Position numbers and translations under genes: made by a program
Assembly (NCBI GenBank): GCA_963726745.1
Contig: CAVSDR010000002.1
Coordinates: 192,001-256,000, forward strand
Source of the DNA: an uncultured Verrucomicrobiae bacterium
Lineage (GTDB): Bacteria > Verrucomicrobiota > Verrucomicrobiia > Chthoniobacterales > UBA10450
Reading direction: 5' to 3'
Length of the DNA stretch: 64,000 bases
The notes under the pieces: model-generated
Told to the model about the DNA's origin: nothing
Database searches by the model: none
The model's input: the letters and a program-made list of their open reading frames with translations, nothing else
Shown here: in pieces, positions 11,709 to 22,979 of the stretch
Numbering within the stretch: position 1 is the stretch's first letter
Layout of the letters: every line of letters begins with the position of its first letter

Positions 11709-12029
11709 ATGAACGCGTGCACGCACTACTGGCAATTCGCCAGGAGCGTTTCCCGAAAGATTAGCCGGCCACTTCATCTGCCGGTCGCTTCGATGGCTTT
11801 ACTTGTTTTCTGCGGGCTGGCCCAATCAAACGCTGCTCCCGAGAAAGCCACCCCCGAGACCGAGCGCGGCATCACGCCCTCGCCGGCGCCTTCTCTCACG
11901 CCCACCGCCACGCCCGCGCGACCCTCGTCCGACGAGGAAGCTTTCGAAGCCGCCCGGCGCCGGCGGGCGCTCGAACGAGGCCGCGAAAGGGGCGGCAGCG
12001 AGCCCGCGTCGCCCTCGCCGAAGCCGTAG
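11709..12029 (+). CDS. Small hypothetical exported protein, Pro/Ala-rich
   Basis: ORF with hydrophobic segment and SNA cleavage-like site; start uncertain. Confidence 0.35.
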   Translation: MNACTHYWQFARSVSRKISRPLHLPVASMALLVFCGLAQSNAAPEKATPETERGITPSPAPSLTPTATPARPSSDEEAFEAARRRRALERGRERGGSEPASPSPKP

Positions 12030-12080
12030 CGCGCGCCGAGTTGCAAACCGCATTTCCATATCTACAGTCAGCGGTTCCGC

Positions 12081-12153
12081 GGGGTCTTAGCTCAGTTGGT
12101 AGAGCGCCTCAATGGCATTGAGGAGGTCAGGGGTTCGATTCCCCTAGGCTCCA
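12081..12153 (+). tRNA. tRNA-Ala (GGC)
   Basis: Cloverleaf with GGGGTCT/AGGCTCC acceptor stem and G3:U70 Ala identity pair, TAGCTCAGTTGGTAGAGC D arm, CCTCA-ATGGCAT-TGAGG anticodon arm, GGTTCGATTCC T arm; CCA not encoded. Confidence 0.97.
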
Positions 12154-12231
12154 TTTCTCAGTCCGTTCAAGCGACGGGCGGCGCAGCCAGCAATAGGTTG
12201 CCTTGCCCGGCAATCTGCGGATAGGTGCGGC

Positions 12232-13068
12232 ATGCTTTCTCGCTTTGTTCTTGCCCTGGCTGCTACGGCCACCTTCGTCGCTGCCCCTCGTGCTTTAGCT
12301 CAATCGGTCGTCGCCGATTATCGCGTGCAAGACACCTTCAACTCTTCCGTCGGCACGATCGGGCCGCTCGTACCTGTCGGCGCCGGGATGGTGACCTTCA
12401 ACGACGCCACGGTGGACGGACAAATGCAGCGCGTGCTCACGATTACGACTAATTCGACCGCTCCTGGCTCCGACTCCGGCGTGCAGACGCAGGCGGTGGG
12501 CGTGCTCAACCCGGCAAACTACTCGGTCGTGCTCCTCTCGGACTTCGTGATTAATCCCGCCAACGTCGTTGCCACCAAGATCTTTGACTTCAAGAATCTC
12601 AGCACCGATGCCGGGCTCTACGTCAATGCCGCGGACGGCACGCTCGCGTTCATCGACGGCATGGGAGTGGTCCAGGGAACCGGTGGGGCGGCCATTTCCA
12701 GTCTCGAGTTCGTGCAGGTGGTGCTCACCCGGGCGGCCGCGACTGGCCTAACGAGTATCTACTTGAATGGAATGCCGGCCTTTTCGTTTGTCGACACCAC
12801 CGGGCTGGCAATCCTGGGTGACGCGACCGCGACGGGTAACGCCTTCCTCACGCTCTATAAGGACGACGGCATGGGGCTGGGAGGAAGTGTCCTGGGCGAG
12901 GGGACTCAAGGCGACATCGCACGACTGCGGTTATACGACGGCGTGCTCTCGGCGGGGCAGGTGGCTGGCCTCGACCGCGCCATCCCGGAGCCCTCGACCT
13001 ACGCGCTGCTGGTCACGGGCGTTCTGCTCGTGGGCGCCTGGCGCCGTCGGCGTCAAAGCGCTGGCTAA
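12232..13068 (+). CDS. PEP-CTERM sorting domain protein (LamG-like beta-sandwich)
   Basis: Signal peptide ..ALA; C-terminal IPEPSTYALLVTGVLLVGAWRRRR. Confidence 0.88.
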   Translation: MLSRFVLALAATATFVAAPRALAQSVVADYRVQDTFNSSVGTIGPLVPVGAGMVTFNDATVDGQMQRVLTITTNSTAPGSDSGVQTQAVGVLNPANYSVVLLSDFVINPANVVATKIFDFKNLSTDAGLYVNAADGTLAFIDGMGVVQGTGGAAISSLEFVQVVLTRAAATGLTSIYLNGMPAFSFVDTTGLAILGDATATGNAFLTLYKDDGMGLGGSVLGEGTQGDIARLRLYDGVLSAGQVAGLDRAIPEPSTYALLVTGVLLVGAWRRRRQSAG

Positions 13069-13742
13069 TTGAGGGAGCGCCGTTCGGCGACGATGGCTTG
13101 CGAGATCTGCTCCGCGAGCTGCTGGCGATAGTTCGGGCTTCGGGCCAGGGCGACGTCCTGCGGATTCGTGAGGAAGCCACACTCAGCGAGGACTGCGCGG
13201 ATTTTAGTCGAGCGAAGCACCCGGAAGCCGGCGCGCTTTACTCCGCGGTTGGTCCCCGTAGTTGTCGCCGCGAGATTGCGCTGGATGCGCATCGCGAGGG
13301 GCGCCTCCGAAGGCGCGGTGTAGTAGGTTTCAATGCCGCGCGCGCCCGGACGGGTCGCGGAGTTAAAGTGGATGCACATGAAAATGGCGTCGCGGAATTG
13401 ATTGGCGATCGCGACACGTTGATCGAGCGGAATGAAGCGGTCGTCCGAGCGCGTCATGACCGTGCGAAAGCCGGAGCGTTGCAGGGATTTTTGCAAGCGG
13501 CGCGCCACATCCAGGGCGACGTCTTTTTCCGGGATGAGATTCTGCCGGATGCCGCCAAAGTCGCCACCGCCATGGCCGGCATCGATGATCACGGTGGAGA
13601 ATTGATTTGCCGAAACCGACTTCGCAGGCAGGCGATGCTTCTTCCCGGCATGCCGCCGCGCTCGGGCATCGGCCTGGTGCAAACCAAGGAGGAGGCAAAA
13701 ACCAACGGCAAGGAGCGTGCGGAGAGGAAATGGGCCGGGCAT
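13065..13742 (-). CDS. N-acetylmuramoyl-L-alanine amidase (Amidase_3)
   Basis: IIDAGHGG, EKDVALDVA, IHFNS, AECGFLTN motifs; start ATG 13742. Confidence 0.93.
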   Translation of the reverse strand: MPGPFPLRTLLAVGFCLLLGLHQADARARRHAGKKHRLPAKSVSANQFSTVIIDAGHGGGDFGGIRQNLIPEKDVALDVARRLQKSLQRSGFRTVMTRSDDRFIPLDQRVAIANQFRDAIFMCIHFNSATRPGARGIETYYTAPSEAPLAMRIQRNLAATTTGTNRGVKRAGFRVLRSTKIRAVLAECGFLTNPQDVALARSPNYRQQLAEQISQAIVAERRSLN

Positions 13743-13863
13743 GCGATCTTTCCAAGCAAGTTTCGCTCCGGCGGGCGCCTTTGGACGCGCCGCAAAAGGA
13801 TTGGCGCCCGCGACCTCCCCGCGTAACTTCCGCCCCTGCGCCTCCCATGGCCGCGTTTTTCTC

Positions 13864-15402
13864 ATGATCAATCTCCTCCGCAAGAACCAAAAAGGGCTCT
13901 GGATCGTCATCGCACTGCTCTGCATTCCATTCGTCTTTTACTTCAGCAATTCGAAGGTCGGGCCGATCGGTGCGAACCAATTCGGCCGCATTTATGGGCG
14001 GGCGATTCCGATCGCGGAATTCCAGCGCAGCGTGCGCCTGTTCAATCTCGCGCGTGAGCTCGGGATGTTTACTCTCCTGCAGGAGATGGTCGCGGGGGCG
14101 CAATCGGAGACGGAAGCCTATTCCGAGTTCACTTGGAATCGCCTCATTCTCCAGCACGAAGCTGAGCGGCTGGGAATCCAGCCAAGCGCCGGGGAAATCG
14201 CCGAGGTCGTTAAGGGGCTTTATCCTTTCCGCGGTCAGGCCGGGTTCGACTTGAACAAGTACACCGAATTCACCCAGAACGTTCTTCCCTCGTTAGGCTT
14301 CACCGAGTCGCAGGTGGAGGAACTCGCCGCCAGCCAGCTCATTCTCCAGCGGATCAAGAACATCGTCGGCGTGGGCGTGCACCTGCCCGAAAGCGAGAGC
14401 CGGGAGAACTTCGAGCGCGCTTACGGCAAAATGAACGTCGCCGTGGTCCGCTTGAACGCCGAGGACCTGGCGAAAGACGTGCAGGTGAGCGACGAGGAAA
14501 TCGCGAAGTATTACGAGGCTCATCAAGCCGAGCTCAAAAGCCCCGAGAAGCGCAAGGTTACCCTGGTGAATTTTCGCCTCGCGGATGAGCAAAAGAAACT
14601 TACCGGCAAGGAGCATATCGAAGCGCTGCAAAAATTAGCCGACCAGGCGAACGAGTTCACCCAAGCCCTGCACGATAAAGGCGCCGATTTCGCGCAGCTC
14701 GCAGCCAAGTTCAATCTCCCGGTGCAAACTACCGGCGACTTCACTCGCAGCGCGCCGGATCCGCTCCTCCAGGGCGACCCGAAGCTCGTCGCCGCCGCCT
14801 TCCAGCTCACGGCCGAGGAGCCGAACAGCGAAGCCACCCAGGCCGCCGACGGCTTCTCGATCATGCATCTCGCCGGCGTCGAAGCGGCACAACCGCTCGC
14901 CCTCGAGGCGGCGAAGCCGCAAATCGTGAACGCGCTCAAAAACCAGCGCGTGCAGGAACTCGTCGCCACCAAGGCCGCCGCCGCCGCCGCCACTTTGCGC
15001 GATGCGCTCAAGGCCGGCCAGCCGCTCGACGCGGCCCTTGCAAAAACCGGTCTGCCGCACGAGAAGCTCTCGCCTTTCGCGCTGGCCGATCAAGCGCCAG
15101 CTCCGGCCGCCCCGGGCCAAACCCCCGCGCCCGAGACGCCCGATTTGCAGACGATCAAGGGCACGGTCTCGGAGTTGAGCCCGGGAGAAGTGAGCGAGTT
15201 CGTGCCGACCGCGAAGGGCGGCCTCGTGGCCGTGCTGGAGAAGCGTGAGCAACCCGAAGCCGCGACCTACGAAGCCGGGAAGCAGACCTTCAACAATCGC
15301 TACCTCGACAGCAAACGCGAGGTCGCCTTCTTCGAGTGGCTGCGCGAACGCCGCCGCGAAGCCGGCGCGCAAATGCAGAGCGGCGTGCTCGACGCCGGCT
15401 AA
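13864..15402 (+). CDS. SurA-N/PpiD-like periplasmic chaperone
   Basis: N-terminal TM anchor MINLLRKNQKGLWIVIALL; PpiD-like features (IAKYYEAHQAELKSPEKRKV, DFAQLAAK). Confidence 0.8.
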   Translation: MINLLRKNQKGLWIVIALLCIPFVFYFSNSKVGPIGANQFGRIYGRAIPIAEFQRSVRLFNLARELGMFTLLQEMVAGAQSETEAYSEFTWNRLILQHEAERLGIQPSAGEIAEVVKGLYPFRGQAGFDLNKYTEFTQNVLPSLGFTESQVEELAASQLILQRIKNIVGVGVHLPESESRENFERAYGKMNVAVVRLNAEDLAKDVQVSDEEIAKYYEAHQAELKSPEKRKVTLVNFRLADEQKKLTGKEHIEALQKLADQANEFTQALHDKGADFAQLAAKFNLPVQTTGDFTRSAPDPLLQGDPKLVAAAFQLTAEEPNSEATQAADGFSIMHLAGVEAAQPLALEAAKPQIVNALKNQRVQELVATKAAAAAATLRDALKAGQPLDAALAKTGLPHEKLSPFALADQAPAPAAPGQTPAPETPDLQTIKGTVSELSPGEVSEFVPTAKGGLVAVLEKREQPEAATYEAGKQTFNNRYLDSKREVAFFEWLRERRREAGAQMQSGVLDAG

Positions 15403-15429
15403 CGGGTGGTCGGCTAATTTTCCCCCGCG

Positions 15430-15762
15430 ATGGCCGAGCTCGAGGATCTCTTCGACGACGCCACCGGCGATCTCGCGGTCGGCGAGCTGGAGAGCGCGGT
15501 CGGGAAATATCGGGCGTGCGTGGAACTTGACCCGGAGTTCTTCGATGGCTGGCACGCGCTCGGGATGGCCTTGATGAAACTCGGCCGCTTCCCGGAAGCG
15601 ATCGAGGCCGGGCTGCGCGCGACCGCGCTTCGGCCTAACGACCAGATCGGCTGGACCAGCCTCTCCCTCTTCTACAATCGCAACGGCCAGATCCCGGAAG
15701 CCGAGGCCGCCGGGACGAAGGCGAAGATCCTTTCCTGGGGCGGCAAAATCGCCAAAGAGTGA
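15430..15762 (+). CDS. Small tetratricopeptide repeat protein
   Basis: TPR pattern WHALGMALMKLGRFPEAIEA..LRP. Confidence 0.85.
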   Translation: MAELEDLFDDATGDLAVGELESAVGKYRACVELDPEFFDGWHALGMALMKLGRFPEAIEAGLRATALRPNDQIGWTSLSLFYNRNGQIPEAEAAGTKAKILSWGGKIAKE

Positions 15763-17027
15763 GCGTGCGAAGTTGCTGGCTGTTTCTTGCTCTCCTGGCC
15801 TGCGCGGCGCGGGCGCAAGAGCCGGACGATTGGGAGGCTGAGCACCGAAAAACCGCCGCCGAGTTACTCGAGCAATGGAGGAACGCCGCGACCCCGGAAG
15901 CCCGGCAAAAATTAGCCGACCCTCTGCTCACGGCCGCGGTTTACTCCGGCCAGCCGGAAGTCGTGACCGAGGTCGTCACCGGCGGCAAATTTGCTGAGCG
16001 GGAGATTGCTTTCCCGGCAACCACGGAACGGGTCGCGCTCCAGCCATTGCAGACCTTTCCTTACGACCAGCGCCCTTACTCAAACGGCCCGAGCTGGGTG
16101 GTCCGCCGCCTAACGAGGAATCGCTTCGAGCTCTGGATTCCATCCCACGGCTGGCTCTTCGATCGCGCCGGCCGTTTACTCAACGAAGCGCGGCCGCCGC
16201 GGCGCGATGGCACGGGCCGCGAATGGTATGGCGCCTTCCTGCCCGACGGCCGCTGGGTCACGACCGATCTCTGGGAAATGGACAAGACGCTGCATTTCTT
16301 CTCGTCCGCGGGGAAGTGGGTCCGCGACGTGAAAGCGCTCGACCTCGTGCCGCTGGGCCATCCGGACGGGATGAGCACACTTTCGCTCATTGGCTGGTGC
16401 CGCAGCGACCGGGAGGGCCAAGGATTTGTCGTCAGCGTGGGCGATAATGGCGGCCGCGGCCTTGCCTGGGTCGACGGAAAGGGAAACCACCGCCTGCTCG
16501 CGCCTAACGAGTCGCCGTGGGCGCTCTGCTATCCGCGCGATCTCGAGCCGAAAGGGATGTATCTCCACCTCACACGGCCGAGCGACGACGGCGCTGCCTG
16601 GGCCACGCGCGACGAGCCGGGGCACGGGATGTTTGTCGGTTATCCACGTTACGAGTGGGGGCCGCCGGCGCTCACGGTTCCGCAAGGGCAAACCTTTGGC
16701 TTTTGGCCCGGAACGCACGAGGTCTATGTCGTGACGGAAAATTACGTTGAGCCGAGAGCCGCGCGGACCTGGTTCTTCAGCGCGGCGGGGGAGTTCCAGG
16801 GATGGGTGGAGGCCCGAAGATTAGCCGACGACTCGGCAACCAGCGGCATGCTCTTCGCCGCCGCGGATGGGCCCGTGGTCACTTTGTCGAACCAGCGCCA
16901 GGTCGAGCGCGTGCGGACCTTCACCTGGGAGAACGGCGAGGTTGCCGTGCCCTTTTCCATCTTCCCGGATCTCCACCGCGGATTCTTCACCCGCGGGAAG
17001 GAGCTCGTGCTGGCGCGCTGGAAATGA
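15759..17027 (+). CDS. Secreted hypothetical protein
   Basis: Signal peptide ..ARA|Q; overlaps both neighbours by 4 bp (operon-like). Confidence 0.7.
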   Translation: MSVRSCWLFLALLACAARAQEPDDWEAEHRKTAAELLEQWRNAATPEARQKLADPLLTAAVYSGQPEVVTEVVTGGKFAEREIAFPATTERVALQPLQTFPYDQRPYSNGPSWVVRRLTRNRFELWIPSHGWLFDRAGRLLNEARPPRRDGTGREWYGAFLPDGRWVTTDLWEMDKTLHFFSSAGKWVRDVKALDLVPLGHPDGMSTLSLIGWCRSDREGQGFVVSVGDNGGRGLAWVDGKGNHRLLAPNESPWALCYPRDLEPKGMYLHLTRPSDDGAAWATRDEPGHGMFVGYPRYEWGPPALTVPQGQTFGFWPGTHEVYVVTENYVEPRAARTWFFSAAGEFQGWVEARRLADDSATSGMLFAAADGPVVTLSNQRQVERVRTFTWENGEVAVPFSIFPDLHRGFFTRGKELVLARWK

Positions 17028-18076
17028 AAATGACGCTTACTTTTCGCCGTTACGATTTGCAGTTAACCCACAACTGGATGGTCGCGAGCAGTCAGGCCAG
17101 CGGCGGGAAAACGATTTATCCCGCCGTCTTCGTCGAGCTGCGCGATGCCGACGGCGTGCTCGGCCGCGGCGAGGCGGCGCCGTCCAATCGCTACCTGGAA
17201 ACGGCCGACACCTGCCTCGCGTTTCTCGAGAAAGTGGACGCCGGCCGGCTGAGCTTTGACGATCTCGCCGGGAGCATGGCTTATCTCGAAAACCTGACGC
17301 CGGGCGACTTCTCGCCCAAGGGCGCGGTCAACATCGCCCTGCTCGACGGCGCGGCGAAAAGAGCCGGCCAGACGTTGCACGCTTTCCTCGGGCTGCCTTT
17401 CCACGAAGGCGCGCACCTCACTTCCTTCACCATCGGCATCGACACCCCGGAAATGATGCGCCGGAAGACCGAGGAAGCCGCGACCTTCCCGGCTTTGAAG
17501 CTCAAGGTCGGCTCGCCTAACGACTCGATCAATCTCGCCGCCTTGCGCGCGGTCGCGCCGCAGAAGCGCCTGCGGGTGGATGCGAACGAAGCCTGGCTCA
17601 CGAAAGAGGATGCGCTCCGGCGGATCGAAGAACTGGCGCGCGATCCGCAGATCGAATTCATCGAGCAACCGCTGCCGGCCGCGAACCCGCCGGAGGATTT
17701 CATCTGGCTAAAGGAGCGCTCGCCGCTGCCGATCGTGGGCGACGAATCTTTTCATCGTGCGAGCGACGTCCCGCGCTGCGCGGAGTGCTTTCATGGGGTG
17801 AACATGAAGCTGGCTAAAACCGGCGGCGTCCTTCGCGGGCTCGAGGCGCTGCAGGCCGCGCGCGCTGCCGGCTTGAAAACGATGATCGGCAGCATGGTGG
17901 AGTCGAGCATCCTCACTTCCGCGGGCGCGCATCTGGCCGCGCTGGCGGATTGGCTCGATCTCGACGGCATGCTCCTGATCCGGAACGATCCGTTCCGCGG
18001 CGTGACGGCCGAGAGTGGGATAATGTCCTTCGCGCAAGCCGCGGAGCCGTGCGGTCTGCAGGTCGAGCCGCGCTGA
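17024..18076 (+). CDS. Dipeptide epimerase (L-Ala-D/L-Glu epimerase, enolase superfamily)
   Basis: GEAAP, KLKVG, VDANEAW, IEQP, GDES, KLAKTGG, DLDG motifs. Confidence 0.92.
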   Translation: MKMTLTFRRYDLQLTHNWMVASSQASGGKTIYPAVFVELRDADGVLGRGEAAPSNRYLETADTCLAFLEKVDAGRLSFDDLAGSMAYLENLTPGDFSPKGAVNIALLDGAAKRAGQTLHAFLGLPFHEGAHLTSFTIGIDTPEMMRRKTEEAATFPALKLKVGSPNDSINLAALRAVAPQKRLRVDANEAWLTKEDALRRIEELARDPQIEFIEQPLPAANPPEDFIWLKERSPLPIVGDESFHRASDVPRCAECFHGVNMKLAKTGGVLRGLEALQAARAAGLKTMIGSMVESSILTSAGAHLAALADWLDLDGMLLIRNDPFRGVTAESGIMSFAQAAEPCGLQVEPR

Positions 18077-18084
18077 CTGGCGGA

Positions 18085-18397
18085 TTAAACGCGCTCGTCG
18101 CGCGGCGCCGGCTCTTCCATCGGCGCAGCCGCGGGCGCAGGTGCGGCGCGCGGCCGGCGGGAGCGAGTGCGGCACGCGATCATTCGCCGGCACGGGCGCA
18201 TTCGTCGGCGTGTGCGCGGTTTGCAATTCCGTGGTGAAGTCGTCCTTCGCCTTGTGGAATTCGCGCATCGCCTGGCCCATCCCCTTGGCCAGTTCCGGGA
18301 GGCGCTTGGCCCCGAAGAGCACGAGCACAATCAGCAGGATGACGATCAGGTCGGGTCCGCCGAGATTCGTTAGGCTGGCAAGAAGTTCGAGGTTCAT
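18085..18397 (-). CDS. tatA: Twin-arginine translocase TatA/E (frameshift near 18150)
   Basis: GGPDLIVILLIVLVLFGAKRLPELAKGMGQAMREF; tail continues in a shifted frame to stop at 18085. Confidence 0.9.
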
Positions 18398-18499
18398 AGG
18401 AGCATCCTGGTTGCGAAACTAAGCGCCGGTTTTGGCCTTCGCGCAATCCTCTTCGTGCCGCCGCTGCATCCAAGGGGTGGAAGACACCGTATTCCCCCC

Positions 18500-19817
18500 G
18501 TGCGCCGTCTTCCGTATTTTTTCCTTCTCGCCATCGTGGTCGTGGTCGGCGGGTGGATTTTTTCGCGCGGGCTCGCCGTCGCTCCAACGCCTCGCGCAGT
18601 CGTGAACGATCCGCTGGCGGTCGTCCTGACTCCCTTGGTGGGCGACGGCGAGCTCGATCGCGAGATTGCGAACTTGCAGGGGCGGATTAAGACCAGCCCT
18701 GACCGCAAAAGCCTGCTCGAACGGCTCGGCTGGGCCTTTGTCGCGAAGGCGCGCCTAACGAGCGATCCTGGTTTCTACAAGCTAGCCGAGCAAGCGGCTC
18801 AGGCGATCACCGACGAGACACCGGAAGATCCGGCGGCGGCTTTGCTCCTCGGCCATGTTTATCACGCCGAGCATCGCTTTGCCGACGCGGAAAAAATTGC
18901 GCGCACTTTGATCGCGCGGCGGGAATTTGCCTTCGACTACGCGCTCCTGGGCGATGCGCTCATGGAGCAGGGGAAGCTGGCGGAGGCGGTGCCGGCTTAC
19001 CAAAAAATGGTCGACCTGAAGCCCGGCCTCCAGACTTACAGCCGGGTGGCCAATATGCGCTGGCTCAAAGGCGACCTGGCGGGCGCGATCGCGGCCAGCC
19101 GGCGCGCCGTCAGCGCCGGTTCGCCGCGGGAACCGGAGCCGACCGCTTGGGCTTACACGCAACTGGCCCACTACCAAACCGCGGCTGGCGAACTCGAAGA
19201 GCGCCGCGACCAACGTCTCGTTAGGTCTGCAGCTGGCGCCGGACTACGCGCCCGCTTTGTTGCAACAAGGTAAGATTTTCTTGGCGCAGGGTCGCGGTGC
19301 GGAGGCGATTGCCGCGCTCGAGCGTGCAGCCGAAATCAGCCCACTGCCGGATTACCTTTGGTCGTTAGCCGACGCTTTGCGCGCGCAAGGCCGGGAGGGG
19401 GAAGCTGGCCAGGTCGAGCGCCGCCTCGTGGCCACGGGGGCGCAGTCCGATCCGCGCACCTTCTCGCTGTTCCTAAGCTCCCGCCGGCAGAATCCCACGC
19501 TCGCGCTGCGCCTGGCGCAGGAGGAACTCGAGAATCGCCACGACATTTTCACTTACGACGCGGTCGCCTGGGCGCAATTAGCCAGCGACATGGTCGGGCC
19601 CGCGCGCGAAAACATCGCGCTCGCTCTCGCTGCCGGCACGCAGGACGCGCGTCTTTTCCAGCACGCGGCCGAGATCGCTGCCGCCGCGGGGGACCAGGCC
19701 CAGGCGCTCGAATTTTCCCTCAAGGCCCGCGCGCTTGAGCAGAGCTTGCTCCCTTCCGAACGCCAGGCCCTTGCCCGCCGGTTCCCCGCCGACGCGCGCA
19801 CTGCTGCCTCTGACTAA
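18500..19817 (+). CDS. Membrane-anchored TPR protein (frameshifted near 19200)
   Basis: ORFs 18455-19273 and 19257-19817 join into one TPR-rich protein with N-terminal TM. Confidence 0.8.
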
Positions 19818-19848
19818 CCAAACCAAACCAAAGAAAAACCGACCCATA

Positions 19849-21759
19849 ATGAAACCGCTCCCAATTCCCGGCACCGGCAAGTTGCTGGCTGCGCTCTGCG
19901 CCGCCACCTTCGCCGCCGCTGTGCCACTGCACGCCTCCAGTCACATGGATGCACCGCTCATCACCCTGGACCCGGCCGCGAACACGACCGACGTCTACGC
20001 CTTCGTGGCCATGCGTGGCACCGATAACGCCAAAGTGCTGGCTACTTCCCTCGCGGTTTATCCGTTCGAGGAGCCCGGCATCGGGCCGAACAAGTATAAC
20101 TTCGACGACAACGTCCTTTACCAGATCCACGTCTCGTTAGGTAACGACCTGGCCGCGGGCGTGCCCACGATCTCCTACCAGTTCCGTTTCACCACGAGCT
20201 ACAAGAACACCGGCACCATCCTGCAGTCTTATCTCGGCGTGGTGAATGACGTCGACGATGCGAATCAAAACCTGACCCAGAACTACACCCTGACCAAGGT
20301 TGACCGCCGCACGAACACCACCACGGTGCTCGGCACGGGGGTTGTCCCGCCGAACAACCAGGGCATCGCGACGCCCTTCTATAACACCGGCGACAGCGGC
20401 GAGGCCGTGGCCAAGCCGGGTGTCGGGCCTGGAGGCACGCTGGATAAATACACGCGCCAGGCCATTGCCAGCTTCACCGCCGGGAGCGCGACTTATCGCA
20501 GTTTCGCCGGTCAGCGTGAGGACGGTTTCTACGCCGACATCCAGTCGATCTTCGACCTGCTGCAGTTGCGCAGCGGCAAGGCGACCTTCGATAGCCAGGC
20601 CGGCTTCAACGTCCACGAAATGGGCCTGGAAATTCCCATCTCGGAACTGGGTAACGACCAGCAGATCGTAGGCGTTTACGCGACCACTTCCCGTCAGTCG
20701 ATGCGCGTTCTGACCGATGGCACCGCCTCCACTGACCCCGCGAACACCGGCGCGTTTGTGCAGGTCGGCCGGCAGGGCAATCCGCTCTTCAACGAAGCGC
20801 TCGTCGCCATTACGGACAAGGATCTCTACAGCCGCACGCAGCCCGAGCGCAGATGCCAGCTTGTTCAAGAAATACGCCGAGACTCCTGAGCTCGCGAAGT
20901 TGATCAACGCGATCGTCTTCAAGGGCATGGGACCGGCGCCGGAAACCAATCGCACGCGATCTCGTCGGCATCTTCATTCCCGACTTGATCAAGGTCGACC
21001 TTTCGACGGCTCCGGCGCGGCTGGCCGGTGGTGGCCCGACCTTCGCCGCGAACCCTGATGACGCTGGCTACAGCCGCCTGGGCATCTTCGGTGGCGACAC
21101 CCTCACGAGCACGGTGCAGGCCGGCTTTGGCAGCGGCACGGTCCCCGGTGGCTGGCCCAACGGCCGCCGCTTCGGCGACGACGTGGTCGACATCGCGGTG
21201 ACCGCGATCATCAGCGACCTGCGCACCAGCCCGCCGACGATCCGGTCGGCTGATGGGATCGATAACGTGAGCAAGAACGACAGCGTTTACAGCCGCGTTT
21301 TCCCTTACGCCGCGACGCCGCATAACGGCCGCAATCACGACCATCACAACACCGGACGCCGCAGGCGGCGCCGCGAGCTCGAATCGCTTCCGCAACCTGG
21401 CCACGCGCGGTCTCGTGCAGTCGGGCGACAATGTCCTTATCGGCGGCATCATTGTCGGCGACGGCGGAAACAAGAGAGTGCTCATCCGTGGCGTTGGACC
21501 TTCGCTCTCGACCAAGGGCATCTCCAATCCGCTGGCTAATCCTGTGCTGCAGATCTTCCAAGGCGGCACCAAGATCGCCGAGAACGACGACTGGAAGAGC
21601 ACCCAGCAGGCGGACATCCAAGCCACTGGCCTCGCGCCGACGGACGATAAAGAAGCTGCAATCCTGATCGACCTCGCTCCGGGGAGCTACACCATGATCG
21701 TGCGAAGCAAGGACACGACTACCGGCATTGGCCTGGTCGAAGCCTACGAAGCGAACTAA
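19849..21759 (+). CDS. DUF4331-family secreted protein with C-terminal N[IL]STR-type domain (about 3 frameshifts)
   Basis: Signal peptide then SSHMDAP..DVYAF, FAGQREDGF, QVGRQGNPL.NE, GWPNGRRFGDDVVD, FPY; C-terminal RNLATRGLVQSGDNVLIGG...EAYE. Confidence 0.85.
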
Positions 21760-21779
21760 GCCCAAACTAGAACAACGCG

Positions 21780-21823
21780 CGGGCCGGTCTGGCGAAAGCT
21801 GGACCGGCCCGTTGCCTTTCTTT
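21780..21823 (+). terminator. Hairpin, probable intrinsic terminator
   Basis: CGGGCCGGTC..GAAA..GACCGGCCCG stem followed by a T-rich tract. Confidence 0.6.
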
Positions 21824-21830
21824 AGCTAAC

Positions 21831-22905
21831 GTGGAGTTTTCCTTTGCCTTGAATGCCGGCCGACGACCCCTTGCCTTTCTCGGCTTCTTTTTTGCCCTGG
21901 TTTTTCCGGTCTGGGCTCACGATCCCGGACTGAGTTCGGCAAACTTATCCCGCACGCGAGATGGCTTTGAGCTGGTCCTGACCTTTAACCAACAGGAGGT
22001 GGCCCAGCTCCTCGAAGTGAAGCCGGAAAATCTGGACGGCAGACTCGAGCCCCTGGCCCGGCGCGGGGCCACGCTGGAAGTAGGCGGCGAGATCGTGGCG
22101 CCGGACAAAGTCGAGGCGCGCGTCGATGACAACCGCAACGTCGAGTTCCGTTATCGTTATCCCGATCCCGCAGGCCTGAACGACGTCCGTTTCACCTCGC
22201 GGCTGCTCCCGGAGCTGGCTTTCGGCCATCGACAGGCCTTCGCCGCGCATGGAGAGCGCGGGGAGGAAATTGTGCGCTCCATCTTGAGTGCGCGCGACAG
22301 CGGTGTGGCGGTGATCTTCGATGCCCCGGCGCCGGCGACTTCATCGCGCTTCCTCGACTTCTTTTTGCTCGGCGTTCGCCACATTGTGACCGGTTACGAT
22401 CACCTGCTTTTTCTCTTCGGTCTGCTCTTGGTCTGCCGCACGCCGCGGGCGGCGCTTCTGCTGGTGACTTGTTTCACCGTTGCGCATTCGCTTACGCTTG
22501 CGCTGGCGACCTTTGGCTTGGTGGAACTGCCGAGCCGCTGGGTGGAGGCGGCGATCGCGGCCTCGATCGTCTATGTGGGCGTGGAAAATCTCTTTCGCCA
22601 CGAGGCGCTGCTGCGCGGACGTGGATTGCTTACTTTTGCTTTCGGCCTGGTGCATGGCCTGGGTTTTGCCAGCGTGTTGCGCGAGATGGGCATCGCGCAA
22701 ACCGGCTGGAACGCCGCGGTGCCGCTGGTGGCATTCAACGCCGGGGTCGAGACCGGGCAGCTCGCGATCGCCGCCGATCTTGCTGCCTCTTCTTTGGCGG
22801 CTGCGCGCGCGCCCGGCGTTCCTGCGGGTGGGCGTGCCCGCCGGTTCCCTGGTGGTCGCGCTGGCTGGGGCTTACTGGCTCCTCCAGCGCACCCTTTTTT
22901 CCTAG
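21831..22905 (+). CDS. HupE/UreJ family membrane protein (frameshift near 22775)
   Basis: AH signal end; LGVRHIVTGYDHLLF, FTVAHSLTL, FGLVHGLGFA, FNAGVE.GQ motifs. Confidence 0.9.
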
Positions 22906-22979
22906 GAAAGAAAAACGCCGCCCGCCCGCGCTTGCGGACGGACGGCGTCATGCCTAACGAGTGATGTAGCTGGCTAAAA

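Noticed and set aside
12081..12153. tRNA-Ala as an island integration site
   Set aside because: No integrase and no duplicated tRNA 3' end seen in the window.
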